From Ostrea edulis (lineage: Eukaryota): a stretch of DNA of 64,000 bases. The stretch spans positions 3,720,001 to 3,784,000 of the forward strand of contig NC_079165.1 in the NCBI RefSeq assembly GCF_947568905.1. The letters run 5' to 3'. The notes under the pieces were generated by a model that was not told the origin of the DNA, ran no database searches, and saw nothing but the letters and a program-made list of their open reading frames with translations. Position numbers and translations under genes: made by a program. Shown here piece after piece: positions 12,478-25,325 of the stretch; position 1 is the stretch's first letter, and each line of letters starts with the position of its first letter.

Positions 12478-12890
12478 TTTTAATGCCCCCGCCACAAAGT
12501 GGTCGGGACATATAATTTTACCCTTGTCCGTCCTTCTGTCCTTCCCTCCTTCCGCGACACCCAGGTTTCCGTACTTTGTTTCTAACGCTTTGAGATAGAT
12601 TGAATTGATTTTTTGTGTACAGCTGTATATTGATGATTTACAGATCGAGTTTCAGTTATTTTCCAATTCGTTGACTTTTGATGGAGTTGTGCCCCTTTAA
12701 GGTAGAAATATTATCAACGCCTTGAGACATTGAACTGAGTTTTTGTATGCATGTGTATATTGATGAGTTACAGATCGAGGTTGAGTTTTGTTCAGGTTCG
12801 TTAATCTGAATACCCTATGCAATGCTGTAATTCGATGGATTTCCTACATTTGACTTTACTGACATTCGCGTCCTACCGACACATCTAGTT
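12478..12890 (+). mobile_element. Helentron-type non-autonomous element (HINE/DINE-like)
   Basis: Starts ttttaatgccccgcc..gggacat followed by (tcc/gtcc)n; two internal ~120-bp repeats; ends gacattcgcgtcctaccgacacatctagtt; T-rich insertion site. Confidence 0.6.
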
Positions 12891-13644
12891 TATAACTACA
12901 TTTGTATATTATTTGAAGACATAAGTGCGTATTCATTTGATGTAATGATTGATTTGTGTTGCTTATGATGTGTTGACACAAAACAAACAACTCTAGTTGA
13001 TGTGAATAAATCGTGTGCAAATTCTAAATGCAAAAGGACCAAGTTTAATACACTATAGCTCAATTCCAAGCATTATAAACCCAGCTTTTCTTTTTGATTT
13101 CATAATTTTCCTTCAGTGTAGAAACCAATGATATACAATACCACAAAACTCAGGTGCGAACCTCTTTAAAGACCAATATTAACCACGTTTTTCTGTAAAT
13201 CTGATTTGCTGTTAATCTTTTCATTGAAAACGTATTTGTTTTGCCGAGGTGTGCAGATTATTGACACAAAAATACATTCCATCAAAGATGATGAATTTCA
13301 TTTCATTTATTTTCCTACAACTGCATGCAAGATAAATTGACCAGCAGACGTCGATGATATCTAAATCAACTGAATGGTCATTGCGACTTGTTTACTTCGC
13401 TATTTCATAGTTTAATTTCTTGCGATAATGTTAACGACAAACAAACGTCATCACTATGGTAATCATTTTTTATTTCTAAGGTTGAATATATCAAACTCAA
13501 ATATAGACTCGTTTAAGCATATACAGTTGTAGTTCCTACCCATTAAATGCACGTACTTGTGAAATGTCTGCTTAATTTTACCCAATATTTCTTGAATGAC
13601 TGAATATCACCTTATTTTTGCTGCAGTTTTATTTTACCCTAGAT

Positions 13645-14005
13645 GAAAAACCGTGAAATTAAATTACTGTAAACATAAACTGATTGTAACATTTATATAG
13701 AAAAAAAAAAGGGGATTGGTGAAATTAAATTGCTGTAAATATAACATGACTGTATCATTTTTATAGAAAGGAAATGAGAACCGTGAAATTAAATTACTGT
13801 AAACATAAACTGATTGTAACATTTATATAGAAAAAAATGAGAATCGTGAAATTAAATTGCTGTAAATATAACATGACTGTGTCATTTTTATAGAAAGAAA
13901 ATGAGAACCGTGAAATTAAATTACTGTAAACATAAACTGATTGTAACATTTATATAGAAAAAAATGAGAATCGTGAAATTAAATTGCTGTAAATATAACA
14001 TGACT
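13645..14005. repeat. Tandem repeat of alternating A/B ~61-bp monomers, about 3 dimers
   Basis: gtgaaattaaattactgtaaacataaac.. alternates with gtgaaattaaattgctgtaaatataacatg.. Confidence 0.85.
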
Positions 14006-14597
14006 AATATTAAACACGTGTTTCTTCGTCATGTGTATGTATCTTGCCAACCCGACTTGCTGTTTATGTTTTCATGTTTTGCTGAGATGGGCAGATTATT
14101 GACGCTAAATAAATTATAACAAAGATGATGAATTTCAGGTTTCTTTTACTGCAAAAACATATAAAACATAGAGAAAAATCTATTATGTGCGAAACTTCAT
14201 TTGAAATTGGAATTCAATATAATTTGGTGTACGTTGAAGCTATGGTAAATAAGAAAAGAACTAATTGAGAACTCGCTGTAAAACATTTTACTGTACGTGT
14301 CAAAGTGTTTAACCAAGATACATAAATATGTGATACAAAGAATTCATATATTACATTTATTTTTCCCATATCTCATGCAATATAATATCTCTGCTAAAAA
14401 CAAAATACGCAATTACACGCAAGTTCATGTTACTGTCAAAGGCTGCTAAACGACTTACAATAACGCATGACGTCTCTTTAATTTCAGGCATACCTGTCTT
14501 TGATTTCTAATCGAAAAACTTAACCTACGCTTTAATCATGGCAATCGCGCTGAATTGAAATGAAAGCTGGTTCATTATGCGGAGGTAAATACATATT

Positions 14598-15080
14598 TTA
14601 GTTAATATCTTCTTGCTTCACATGATTGATGTCCCGACCAAACCGCCCGCCGCCAAATGAGTAATCAAACCGTTTGCCAAACCGCCCACCACCTAGCCCA
14701 TAATCATAATCCCAAGCTCCTTGACGTTTTTCCACTTCCTGTTCTGCGTCATCAAAATCAATGTCCCATCCACGATTACTCAGGTCTGTCTGTTTGTCCT
14801 CCAAAACTTTCTCTTCACCCAATGTCTCCATATTCACTGGGGCACCGAGAGCAAGAATGACACCGATTTCACCTCTTTGTTTCCTGGTGTCTGATCGTAT
14901 TTGATCTTTGCTGCTCTCGGCTTGGCTCTGTTTTGTGTCTTGGATATCGTGTAGTTTACTGAAGAGTTTTGATAACTGTACAATGCTGTTTTGTGTTTGT
15001 GAGATTCCATTTGTGAATGCACACGATAGGCAGAGAACTAGCACTGAGGACGCTAACAGGTGCTCCAAAGAATTCTTCAT
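14598..15080 (-). CDS. CCK: Cholecystokinin/sulfakinin-type neuropeptide precursor, 160 aa, single coding exon
   Basis: Acceptor tttcag directly precedes the ATG at 15080. Signal peptide MKNSLEHLLASSVLVLCLSCAFTNG; KR-QGAWDYDYGLGGGRF-G-KR-FDYSFGGGRF-G-R. The first peptide matches my recollection of Crassostrea gigas CCK1 (pQGAWDYDYGLGGGRFamide). AATAAA on the minus strand at 14356-14361. Confidence 0.93.
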   Translation of the reverse strand: MKNSLEHLLASSVLVLCLSCAFTNGISQTQNSIVQLSKLFSKLHDIQDTKQSQAESSKDQIRSDTRKQRGEIGVILALGAPVNMETLGEEKVLEDKQTDLSNRGWDIDFDDAEQEVEKRQGAWDYDYGLGGGRFGKRFDYSFGGGRFGRDINHVKQEDIN

Positions 15081-15214
15081 CTGAAATGAGACAGTAATGA
15101 AAATGTAAAAAAGTTGGTTTAGTGAGAAAATCAGCCAATAGTGTCCATCCATAGCACACTAAAAGTATTCAGTATATATATGTAAAAGTATAATCGACAG
15201 GATAAGATAAATAA

Positions 15215-15340
15215 GGTTGGCAGGGGATGTTTACTCCTCCTAGGCACCTGATCCCACCTCTGGTATATCCAGGGGTCCGTTTTTGCCCAATAAACTTAAT
15301 TATGCTTTCTTTATAGGAGTTGTGAGATTGATCACTGTTA
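15215..15340 (+). mobile_element. Penelope-like terminal fragment
   Basis: caggggatgtttactcctcctaggcacctgatcccacctctgg..ttataggagttgtgagattgatcactg. Confidence 0.8.
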
Positions 15341-15794
15341 TCTATCTATCTATCTATTTATCTATACCATTAGTTGTCAAGGGGTGATGATTAGATGAGC
15401 TCCTCTGATATCATTTGATAGATTCAGTATGAATTCAGGGATATGGTCAATAGTTTTGTCACGTTACATTTCTCATAACCTATTACATATACTTTGAAAA
15501 GAAAATTGATTTATTTTCCATTATTGATGGAGTGGTGGCTAGTTTTGACATGCGCTAAGTATTGCCATTTTCACAATACTAGCCAAGTGTTCGAACTCGC
15601 ACGAGTCTTTTGCTCAAATGAACTTTCGAATTCTGCGTCAATTTCAATTCAGCGTCGATTTCAGCCGTAACTTTGCATTCATTTTAAAAGGTAGTCATTG
15701 GCAAATCATCACAATGCTCCCAGTAATTGGATTTTTATTGCACTATCGTCGTCAAACGTTTAAGTGTTAATGATCGAATCTTCACTTTATTTAA

Positions 15795-15877
15795 CATTCT
15801 CTCACCAGAGGGCGCTTTAGACAAGCTTCCCTTACTGTACGCGAATCTTGTGTAACGCGCCGTCTGGTGAGAGAATG
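15795..15877. mobile_element. ~83-bp hairpin MITE, same family as 10253-10333
   Basis: cattctctcaccagagggcg ... tctggtgagagaatg. Confidence 0.8.
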
Positions 15878-18275
15878 GATATTCAATAGTTGAACATATA
15901 CACAAGCCAGGTATACTGCCAATAGACCACATATACTGAAGTGTCTGAAATATCTGTATTATTTTTACAGCCGTTATAGTAAGGGGAAAGGTTGAATGCA
16001 ATATCAAATTGGTAAATTTCATTCATTTCCCGCAGACTCCATGTGTTCCAGGTGAAAACACGTAAACATAATATTCCTTATGTAAGGGAAAATGTATTTA
16101 CAAAGACATTTTGCAAAACTTAAGTAGCAAATCGCAGTATTAGAGACAGCACCCGGAGTCTTTTATTAATTCAAGTGAATTGATTACCTTGACAATTTGA
16201 TCTTACAAACAATATGGGTCAAACTTTTGTGATGGAGACTTTCTGCTAAAGCGTTTGCTTCGTAATCAGGAGGTCATGTATTCGAAACAACACCCCCCCC
16301 CCCCCATGTACCCTGGCCACGTTTCACCTAAGACGTAAAACTTTGTCTAGGCCAATGATGGTAGACAAAGCAGTCAAGTAGAACATTCTTCAGCTCTATT
16401 TTTAAAGACATTTTATCATAAGTTACAATATATATGAATTGATTATTTAGCGTTCTTGAAAATGATATAATATCTGTTGATTGAGTCAAGAGGAGGTTGG
16501 TGTGTTGGACTCCAAGTTCAGACTGTTTGTAATTCGGTCATTTTGCATTGTGCCAAGCTTAAGTTTATTGCGAGGATTCCGATTCTCGCAGTGATTGGAA
16601 ATGACAAAACATTTAGAGATCTCGGGACAATTGTTGAATGATGATGTTCGCAGAGTGTACGGAGTAAAACCGGCGTGGCGCAATTTAGTTTTAATACTCT
16701 AACCTCCATTACACTCATAATGACGTCAGCGACAACGTAAGTCTCGTTCTGAGTAACGGGGTTGCAATAACAATCAAACTGTTCAGGATGAGAAGGCATC
16801 TGATCAGGATAGACCATCATTTGATTGATAAGACTATCACATAATCAACACATCACTCTAAATTGTCCTCGGAGGTCCAACAATTTTTTACGTCTGTTCC
16901 GGACAGAATCTTCATCATTGCATGCCATACCGTCATCACTACAAATCTCCGTCACGGCTTCCGAATACACGGTGCCAGAGTCATTACGTTTCTATATGCA
17001 TTTCACAAACGTATTCGTTACCACCATAATTGAAGCTCAAAACATGTACAAAATTGGCATGTTCATAACCGGAAGCGCGATTAAGGTAACCAATCGGAGC
17101 TTAATTATATTTCATCAATGGAAATAGTCGATTAATTATATGCACGCTTTTAAGTTTTTCAATCAAACCATATTTTATTTCATAGAGAACTGGATTGGAC
17201 AACAAGTTCTGCACAAATAAGCACTCTATATAACGTGAAGACATTTTAGAAAAATTACCAGAATCTACACAACAAACGGAGGCAGGATGCCTGCTCCCCC
17301 ACCCCTTTCCACTGTTTTGACAACGTTCATTTTGCGTTATATTTACACAAAAAGTTAGTTGTATTCACATGCAGAGTAAGATATATCAAGTGACTGAACC
17401 CAAACATTTTATAGTAGTATTGAATGGTAAGAAATGTATGATGACTTAAACCCACGTGGTGAAGGACGCATTTAATATTTTTGAAGTTTGGACCCAAAGT
17501 TTTGTCTTACTTTTCTTTTTTTCTTTTTTTAATTTATCTTATTTATTTTTTCAAGAAATTTAGACCATTCATGATTGTGAAGTTAGCTTGCCCTTCGGTT
17601 GGCTATTTCGATTCCCTTTGTACAACGATGCTACATGCACGTGTCTGCAGGCCAATTAGCAATTCTAGTATAAAGTGGGAATGGAAGCAGGTCATATACT
17701 CTTAGACAATTTTTCCTCTCTTTTTCCTAAGTGGATTTTAAGAAATGTCCTAAAACCAGAGTCTTTTCCCCATTGTTTTGTGTGGGTGGAACATTTCGTG
17801 CGCTATCACTTGTAGCCACAGTTTAGAGTCTTTAGTTCATGTTACTAACCATTAGACGTGGGATGAGCGGTGGGTCCCTCCGATATATTTATAGACCTAC
17901 ATTAAATTCGTGAACTTCCAATGATTTTCCTGTCTTTTCACGGATTATCTACACCCTTATTTCTTTGACCTCCTGTAAGCATTACTTCCATCAAGGAGAA
18001 GATCGCATTAAGATGTACTAATTAAACGAAAACGGCCAACGCTGTCACTTGTCTCTCCATTATGTCCGAGCAATTACTCTTCGTGTATTCCCACCGTCCG
18101 CGTTGATCTCGCTTCGAATTTCAATATTGATGGCATCCGACTACTCGCTGGACCGAGAAATCAGTTGAAAAGTAGTTATTCTGACAAATCTTAAACAGCA
18201 TGTAATTGTTTGATATAGAAAGAAACTGGGTTCCTGAAGGTCAAGCAAATATGCATATTATTATTTATATACGTG

Positions 18276-18276
<1 letters not shown>

Positions 18277-18324
<48 letters not shown>
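18277..18324. repeat. (CT)n microsatellite
   Basis: Direct observation. Confidence 0.95.
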
Positions 18325-18327
<3 letters not shown>

Positions 18328-18570
18328 GCCTTCATCAAGAGACATATCACATACTATATACACAACACACTACATATAATATTGTACCAAGAAAAATAAA
18401 CCGACAATATTGATAATCTACATCGTTTACAAAAATGACTAAATAAGGAATAAACAATCTCGGACTGTAAAGGTGTACTGGAATGTTAATTTACTGCTTC
18501 GTTACCAGCATATCTATTGCCTACTCAGTGCTTCTATCAATGTTTTACTGGCCTTGTATCTTTTTAGATC

Positions 18571-18574
<4 letters not shown>

Positions 18575-18630
<56 letters not shown>
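18575..18630. repeat. (AT)n microsatellite
   Basis: Direct observation. Confidence 0.95.
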
Positions 18631-18633
<3 letters not shown>

Positions 18634-20329
18634 TATGAAAATAAGTCGTTGGTCTGACCTCATTTCAGAAAACATCAAACTCGCAGTACAGATTTCTTTT
18701 AATGACAGATCTTAATAACAGCGCGGACTTATTTCTCTGCACGGACTTATTTCTCTGGCGGTTCATTTCGCAGCAGAAGATTTGTAGCTTTTGTTGTTCT
18801 AATAATTCTTCTAAATCACTTCTAATCGATTTCATTTTTCTCCCTTTTTTGGTATCCTTTGCAAATACCGTGAGCTTTATGTAGAATTAAAGTTCTGTTT
18901 ATCTGAAAATGAAACTTAAGAAACGTATTGATTCTAGGCCCCTCAAAACAGAAAATGACGATAATGTATGGTTGTGGTTTGTGATCTTCAGGACAAATAT
19001 ACAGTTGCATCCGCCTTGGCTCCAAATTACTCCCTTGCACTACTCTTTGAAGACCTTGTTAATTGCAAGATACAATTTCCAAAAGGACCCGGACTTTGAC
19101 ATTGGCCATCGCCTGCTGTTGGGGACCAAACGCAAACTCCTAAACACGTCCCAATCACAGAGTAGAATTCTTCATTTCAAGTGAAAAAATAAATAATTGT
19201 AAACTTTGAAATGAAACAAAAGGTAACGCCTTCTACTTTACACTGCGGAGGAGGGGAGGTCACGTGTTCAGAGGTTATGCATCTCTAAAATGAGCGACAA
19301 CGCAGTTTTCTACATTTATTTTGATAATTTTGGCGCGAATGAGAAAAGGACATCATTTAATATATCCAGGAGATTTTCAAAGATTTGACTATCATGGTCT
19401 AAACCGTGTCCAGTAATATTTTCCATTCAATGCTGGGAATTGAATCCACAATGCATTTATTTATTGAGTAACCCCGTGGTTCTTATGTTAGTATTTGCTA
19501 TTTAGCTGTAAAGCTTCATAACATTAGTGAATTCATACTGGTATACTATTTATCATTATATGATAATGACAATAATATCCTTTATTTATACAAGATTGCA
19601 CAATTAGTTTTACAAAATAGTTTACATTGTGGTCCAGTCTTTAACATATATATATAACTACCAATTACAAGTTTAATTATTTTTTGTTGTTGAACATGGA
19701 GGGTGGACGTAAACTGAACGCTTAAATAAAAAGGGGAAGGGGATCATTTAGTGAAATGTTACACAATAATCATACAGGTAAAAAAAAAACTGGTTTGTAT
19801 GGGGGGAAACCGTTGGTACTCCATCAACCTGACAAGCGATGACGAAGACAATTTGTCGTTATCGAATTTGCTGCCCTTGCACCCTATTCAAATAACCAGG
19901 GGGCCGAACAACTCAACGGAACACGTTGGTAGAAGAGAAATTACCGCTATATTAATTGCCCCTATGAAGCCAAATTAATCTCTTAAACAAACTCAATTAT
20001 GTCGTATTAGTTACAATAATCGATTCAAACAATGGTTTAATTTTACTCTCAGAATATGGAGGATGCGCACTTTTCATTTCGCAGGGGCCCCCAACATTCA
20101 TGGAGGTATAACTAGAAGACCAACGTCATTTCAAAGACTGCAATAAAAAAAAAAAACGTGCCTGGATATATAGGGTTATAGCCTGTGTTAATACTCATCA
20201 ACTCTCTTTCACGTTACAAAGAATTTTTTCATTAAACGACTATTCATTCATGTGCGATTACCTCTTTCATCAGACACTCGATATAAATGAGACTTTTACT
20301 TCTAAGGATGCTAATGTCAATGCACGAGG

Positions 20330-20332
<3 letters not shown>

Positions 20333-20372
<40 letters not shown>
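20333..20372. repeat. (TA)n microsatellite
   Basis: Direct observation. Confidence 0.95.
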
Positions 20373-20376
<4 letters not shown>

Positions 20377-20787
20377 ATGAAACAATATCTTACCCAACAA
20401 CAATAAAAAAAAGCACCACAAAGTAGAAAATTCAATTCAGATTGGCATAAATCAACAGTGAGATACAAAACTGAAACAGCACATTTATCTTTAGATCTCT
20501 CTATTTACTTACACAAAAGTTCTAGATCGTACGATCCTCGTTAATAGAACCACATTTTATGTGCCGTCTTTTATCCTTTTTGATTCTCACTAGAATTGCC
20601 TAATGCGGATCCAGAAAATTATAGGGTGTGCGTTTTGCTACCTTAGATGTCAAATTTTCTGCTTGGAGAGGAGGCTTGCATCACCCAAAATAACTTGTTG
20701 GTCAAATTGTACGATCAAAATAGACATACAGTTTGTACCTATAACCTAAATATCAACCCCTTTATAGTCCGTAATTAACACTTACGG

Positions 20788-20908
20788 CAGACTGTCGACT
20801 CTATTACAATCTGTAATGTACCCTGACGTCAGACTATCGACTCTATAACAATCTGTAATGTACCCTGACGTCAGACTATCGACTCTATAACGCTATGTAC
20901 CCTGACGC
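20788..20908. repeat. 42-bp tandem repeat, about 3 copies, carrying TGACGTCA
   Basis: TGACGTCA at 20824-20831 and 20866-20873; degenerate third copy at 20903. Confidence 0.85.
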
Positions 20909-21254
20909 TTTTAGGATATCATTTGTAGCTGAATGGCGAGACAGATTAGACCCTGACTGTGGTTTAATTGGTGGGGGGGGGGGGGGTCATTTGCAGAATA
21001 CTAACGGTACTGCATTGCTATTTTGAATTGTTTTTTCGTTTTCCTTGTGCTTTATGAATATTTCAGAAACAATATATCTTGTAGAAAAGCACTTAGATTC
21101 TCAAATCTGACCCGTAATGTTACTGTATATGCCCACCATTCCGATTTATAAATGCGTTTAGAAAATAAGTGAAATTTTGTCCAAGTGTATTTTGTGGTCC
21201 TAAATTTTCGCTCCCCTTTAAATATTCTTCCGGGCTTGATCCCCACTTCTAACA

Positions 21255-21745
21255 GGCCTGATTTCTTACTAGTCTGAATTCTTTCTACGGACCTGAGTTC
21301 TTTCTACGGGCCAGAATTCTTCATAAGGACCAGAATTCTTCTTACCAGCTTAAATTCCTACGGGCCTGAATTCTTCCTACGGATCTGAATACCTATCAGT
21401 TTGAATTCCTGAGTTCTGCCTAGGAGCCTGATTTCTTCCTACAGGCCTGATTTCTTTTACGGTTCTGAATTCTTCTTACCAGCCTAAGTGCGTTATACTT
21501 CGTGCACGTTTAAGTTCTCCTACAGCTTTTTTATCAACCGATTGATGAAATGGGATATGACTTTGATACGATATCGTTCATCTCATCATGCTATTTATGT
21601 ATGAAAGTAATATCTCATTTCATCAATCAGTTGATAAAAAAAGCTGTATAGGAGAACTTAAAAATGTACTAATGCACACGAATTCTGATCTGTAGGGAGA
21701 ATTTAGGCCCGTAGAGAGAAATCAGGCCCGTAGAGAGAATTAAGT
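21255..21745. mobile_element. Foldback-like element: ~21-bp subrepeats in inverted orientation around a TTAA-flanked MITE (21510-21661)
   Basis: Left arm gaattctttctacgggcct repeats; right arm aggcccgtagagagaatt. Inner TIR ttaagttctcctacagcttttttatcaaccgattgatgaaatg / catttcatcaatcagttgataaaaaaagctgtataggagaacttaa. Confidence 0.65.
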
Positions 21746-23217
21746 GGCCCTTGTTACAAATATTCTTACGACTAAGATGGAAATTTCCTTTCTGCCTATC
21801 AATTAGGAACACACAGGGTCATTCATAAGCATGCAATTCAATTAATCATGGATACACTATGTTAGCGGCGGGATGGTGCAACACCCCCCCCCCCCTCCGT
21901 TTTAGTTGTAGAAAATTTCACCCCAAACGGCTATTTATCGCCTTTTGGGACTGTAATCCCCTTTCTGAACAAAATGAGTACCATTAATGGTATTTATTAC
22001 AATCGCACACCCGTTCACAAATAAACTATACGACAGATTTATTCATTTACTGTAAAAGGGGTGAAAACTTTAGCAATCAAATCCCCACCATTACTGAATG
22101 ATAATGCTTAAAAGTCAAACCAAATATAACCAAGCGAGACGCTTTATGCAGAGAATTTTTACAAAGCAAATCACTTTATTTTTTTTGGTTTCCAACAAAA
22201 AAGAGAGAATTAAAAGTAGTCACCGGAACAGATTTCAGATGCAATCTCAAATATCTGTCACATGTTTTTGAGCATTGGACGATTAATCGCTATCTTGAGC
22301 ATCACTTCAGTGGTCCTACTTCTGTAGAAACGGCAGTGCTGCGTCAAAAGTGGACATAAAATCAGAAACTTATTTAATAACAATTGATGGAGAGCGAATC
22401 TACAGCAGAAACAGGCGGTATGACTTTGTTTAGTGTCCAAAAACGGGGATAGGAAGCGGAGGATCTATAGAAATTTTACATAATTTTAAAGTTTTTTGCT
22501 TGTTTGTTCATTAAAGTTAACCCCATCCTAGACACTGCCTTAGATTAGAAAGGCATTTTAGAGCTATAAAAATAGAAAATTTATTTTTAGACAATTTTGT
22601 TTTCTTCTCAAAGGTACACGCATTTCAAAAACAATACATGAAAAGATTATTGATGCGATGCTATCGTTTTCATATAACTTCATGAGTGTTTGATATGTCG
22701 AAACGAAAATTAACATTTACTTTTCCCATTTCACTTTGTTAATTTTTTCCGCTTTAAGATTTGATACAATGCATATGCTGTTACAAATTTTCTCATTGAC
22801 GAGCATGAAAGTGTTAATAGAATTCTACAGGCAGCTTTTCAAAGAAAAAAATATTGGCAAAAATGCACATCATGATTTATTTATAAAAGGAAGGAAATTA
22901 CCGAAACGCCGCGTCCGCTCTTTGATTTATTCTTCTAGATCCTTTTCAAGTAATTACAATGATTTCAAAATAGTAAAAATTTCAAAATCATCTAAAAAAA
23001 TTATGCATGCTAGTAGTAAAGTAAATTCAAATTTCTTGCTTTCTTTAATTTCTTATTATTTGCAACAGGCTTCTTTCTTCTAGGATGAATGCATAAATGA
23101 TTTAAAATGAAACAACGAAGTTTAGAATTCAAACTTGTTTTTCCATATGTAAAATTCGAACCTCTGAAAAAGAAGTTATTTTTAAAATCATCAGTTAAAA
23201 CACAGAGGCACACTTAC

Positions 23218-23272
23218 CTTTTAACTATCTACCTTCTGAGTATTGTTCTTTGGACTAAAGTTCTTTTATATA
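23218..23272 (-). promoter_or_regulatory. Candidate CCK core promoter and short non-coding exon 1
   Basis: Minus strand: TATATAAAAG (23263-23272), Inr-like TCAGAA about 30 nt downstream, then a strong donor AAG|GTAAGT at 23217. It would splice to the acceptor before the CCK ATG (~8.1-kb intron). Inference only. Confidence 0.5.
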
Positions 23273-23834
23273 CATAGACAACACCCAATTCTCACGCGCA
23301 CATGCAGTTATTTTTCTTCAGAATCACTCCCACAGTAAACTATTTAGTTCGCACGACAATTCGGAAACTTATACGTCAACCGTTCGCGATTTTCGTTATC
23401 CATCGATCGTGTTTGAAGTGTACCAATGGGTTTAGCGTTAAAATTAGTTTGAATATTCAATTTTATCGCGCATTTAGTACCATCAATCATAGAAACAAAT
23501 TGACGATTTTGTTGTTGAACATTATTACTAGCTGGGATTATCGTATCAAATGTTGTTCAACAAAGGAAAATATCCATGAATCTCTAAGATTTTGATAATT
23601 CATATCAAACGTGTCTTTTCTGTAGCGGTCTTAATTACCAACAATAAATAGTAAAAGATATAAAACCTTAGAACGTGCATGTCAGTAAAAAAAATATATC
23701 TGTGTTCAATTTTTTTCTTCTAATTAACAGAAATGATTATACTAGCACAATCAGTATACTTTGTACAAATGAATGCAAGGACAGAAAGGAAGCTCTCAAA
23801 CAGACAATTTCTTGTGATTTTTCGGCACGATTTT

Positions 23835-23836
<2 letters not shown>

Positions 23837-23900
<64 letters not shown>
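23837..23900. repeat. (GT)n microsatellite
   Basis: Direct observation. Confidence 0.95.
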
Positions 23901-23903
<3 letters not shown>

Positions 23904-25325
23904 CGTCTGTAGAAAAAAAATGCATAAAAACTAATGCTTCGATTTCACTCAGATTTTTTACAAGATAGGTTTTAATGGTTGACAGGAGACAACAAAGTTT
24001 TAAGAACGAGCTGTGGGTAAAATGTGATGTCGGGGAGTCTTGGTGAAGAACTGGGAGGGGTGGGGCTTCATGGAGGTCAGGGGTTTGTGGGAACTGGAAA
24101 GCTTGGTGGATGATGGAGGTTTTGACATTGAGGACAAAGGGCAGCGAATCTTTATAAAAGTCATGGTCTCTGATCCCTTTAGTTAAAGAGTAAATCATAA
24201 GCATTTTCAAGGTGTTTCCAGGCGTCTATATCTTATTAAGGAGGCTAGGTACACTGCACACCGGAAATGCATAAGAGTTTTTAAGCAATTGAGTAATATC
24301 TCCCGATTCACATTTTATTGTGTATAGGTGTTTTTTGTTTTTGTTTTTGCAGTGCCTAGTATGTATATTCACCGGGAGTCAAGGAGAAATCTCAACAGAG
24401 AGATTAATATGTTGACAGTCAATGTTCGCTCAGTTGTCAGAGTGGGTTAGAATCCTTTGGGGGACTTTAAAATTCTTTTTTATCTTCTTAGCAAAATCTG
24501 AATTTTCCAAAATTCTTTTTCACTCGAAAATGAGCATGGATGGCACATCTTTGGTTTGGTTCCACTACTTCATTATTACCCGAGTGACATCTCAGGCTTG
24601 AGTTAAATGTAAAAGTCCTCATGTGTGATTGTTGTATCATTCCTCCTTAATACACACAATTTTCTCATATTGATAATTTAGATGGACATATTAGTTTTCA
24701 GTGCATTTCTAACTAGAAGTTTAATTTATTTGCGAATTATGTAGTTTGGACATTAAACAGTTGGAATCCATACAAACTTTAATAATTTATATGAAACATG
24801 AACATCAAATATACATGTGCGCTTTTAAATGAAATAATCAATGACACCTTCAGCAGAGGTTCGTTATTTTCATTTTTCGTGTAGCGATTTTTTTTAATAT
24901 CGAATTTGTTATAATCTTTTTGCTTAATTAAATCCTTCACACCTGGGTGTGGACAACACATACACAGAGAGAGGCTCAGGTATGATTGCTCTTCGTCCAA
25001 ATTATTTTTTTCACGTGGACAGGTAATATGTTACAGTCACGTGGACAGGTATTAGGTTACCGTCACGTGGACAGGTATTAGGTTACAGTTACGTCTTAAT
25101 ATCTCCAATGTCGTTGTGATCATACATCTTTTAAATTGTTTTTGCAGGTACACCTGCTGATGTCTGCCGTCTGTCAAGAATATGATTTGCTGACCTAGAG
25201 TATTTCGAAAGAACACTGGCATAGTAATAAAGAATGTTATAGTTACTATATTTTAAAAGGCTATAATGTGTGACAGACAGATAAAGAGGAAAATGCTTTG
25301 CTCTGCATGCAATCTGTGTAGTCGT

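Noticed and set aside
15081-15152. N-terminal 24-aa extension of the CCK ORF in the track
   Set aside because: Reads as polypyrimidine tract plus an AG acceptor; the signal peptide starts at the second Met (15080).
23833-24210. 125-aa minus-strand ORF
   Set aside because: Ends in a (CA)n microsatellite, has no recognisable motif and no flanking exons were found.
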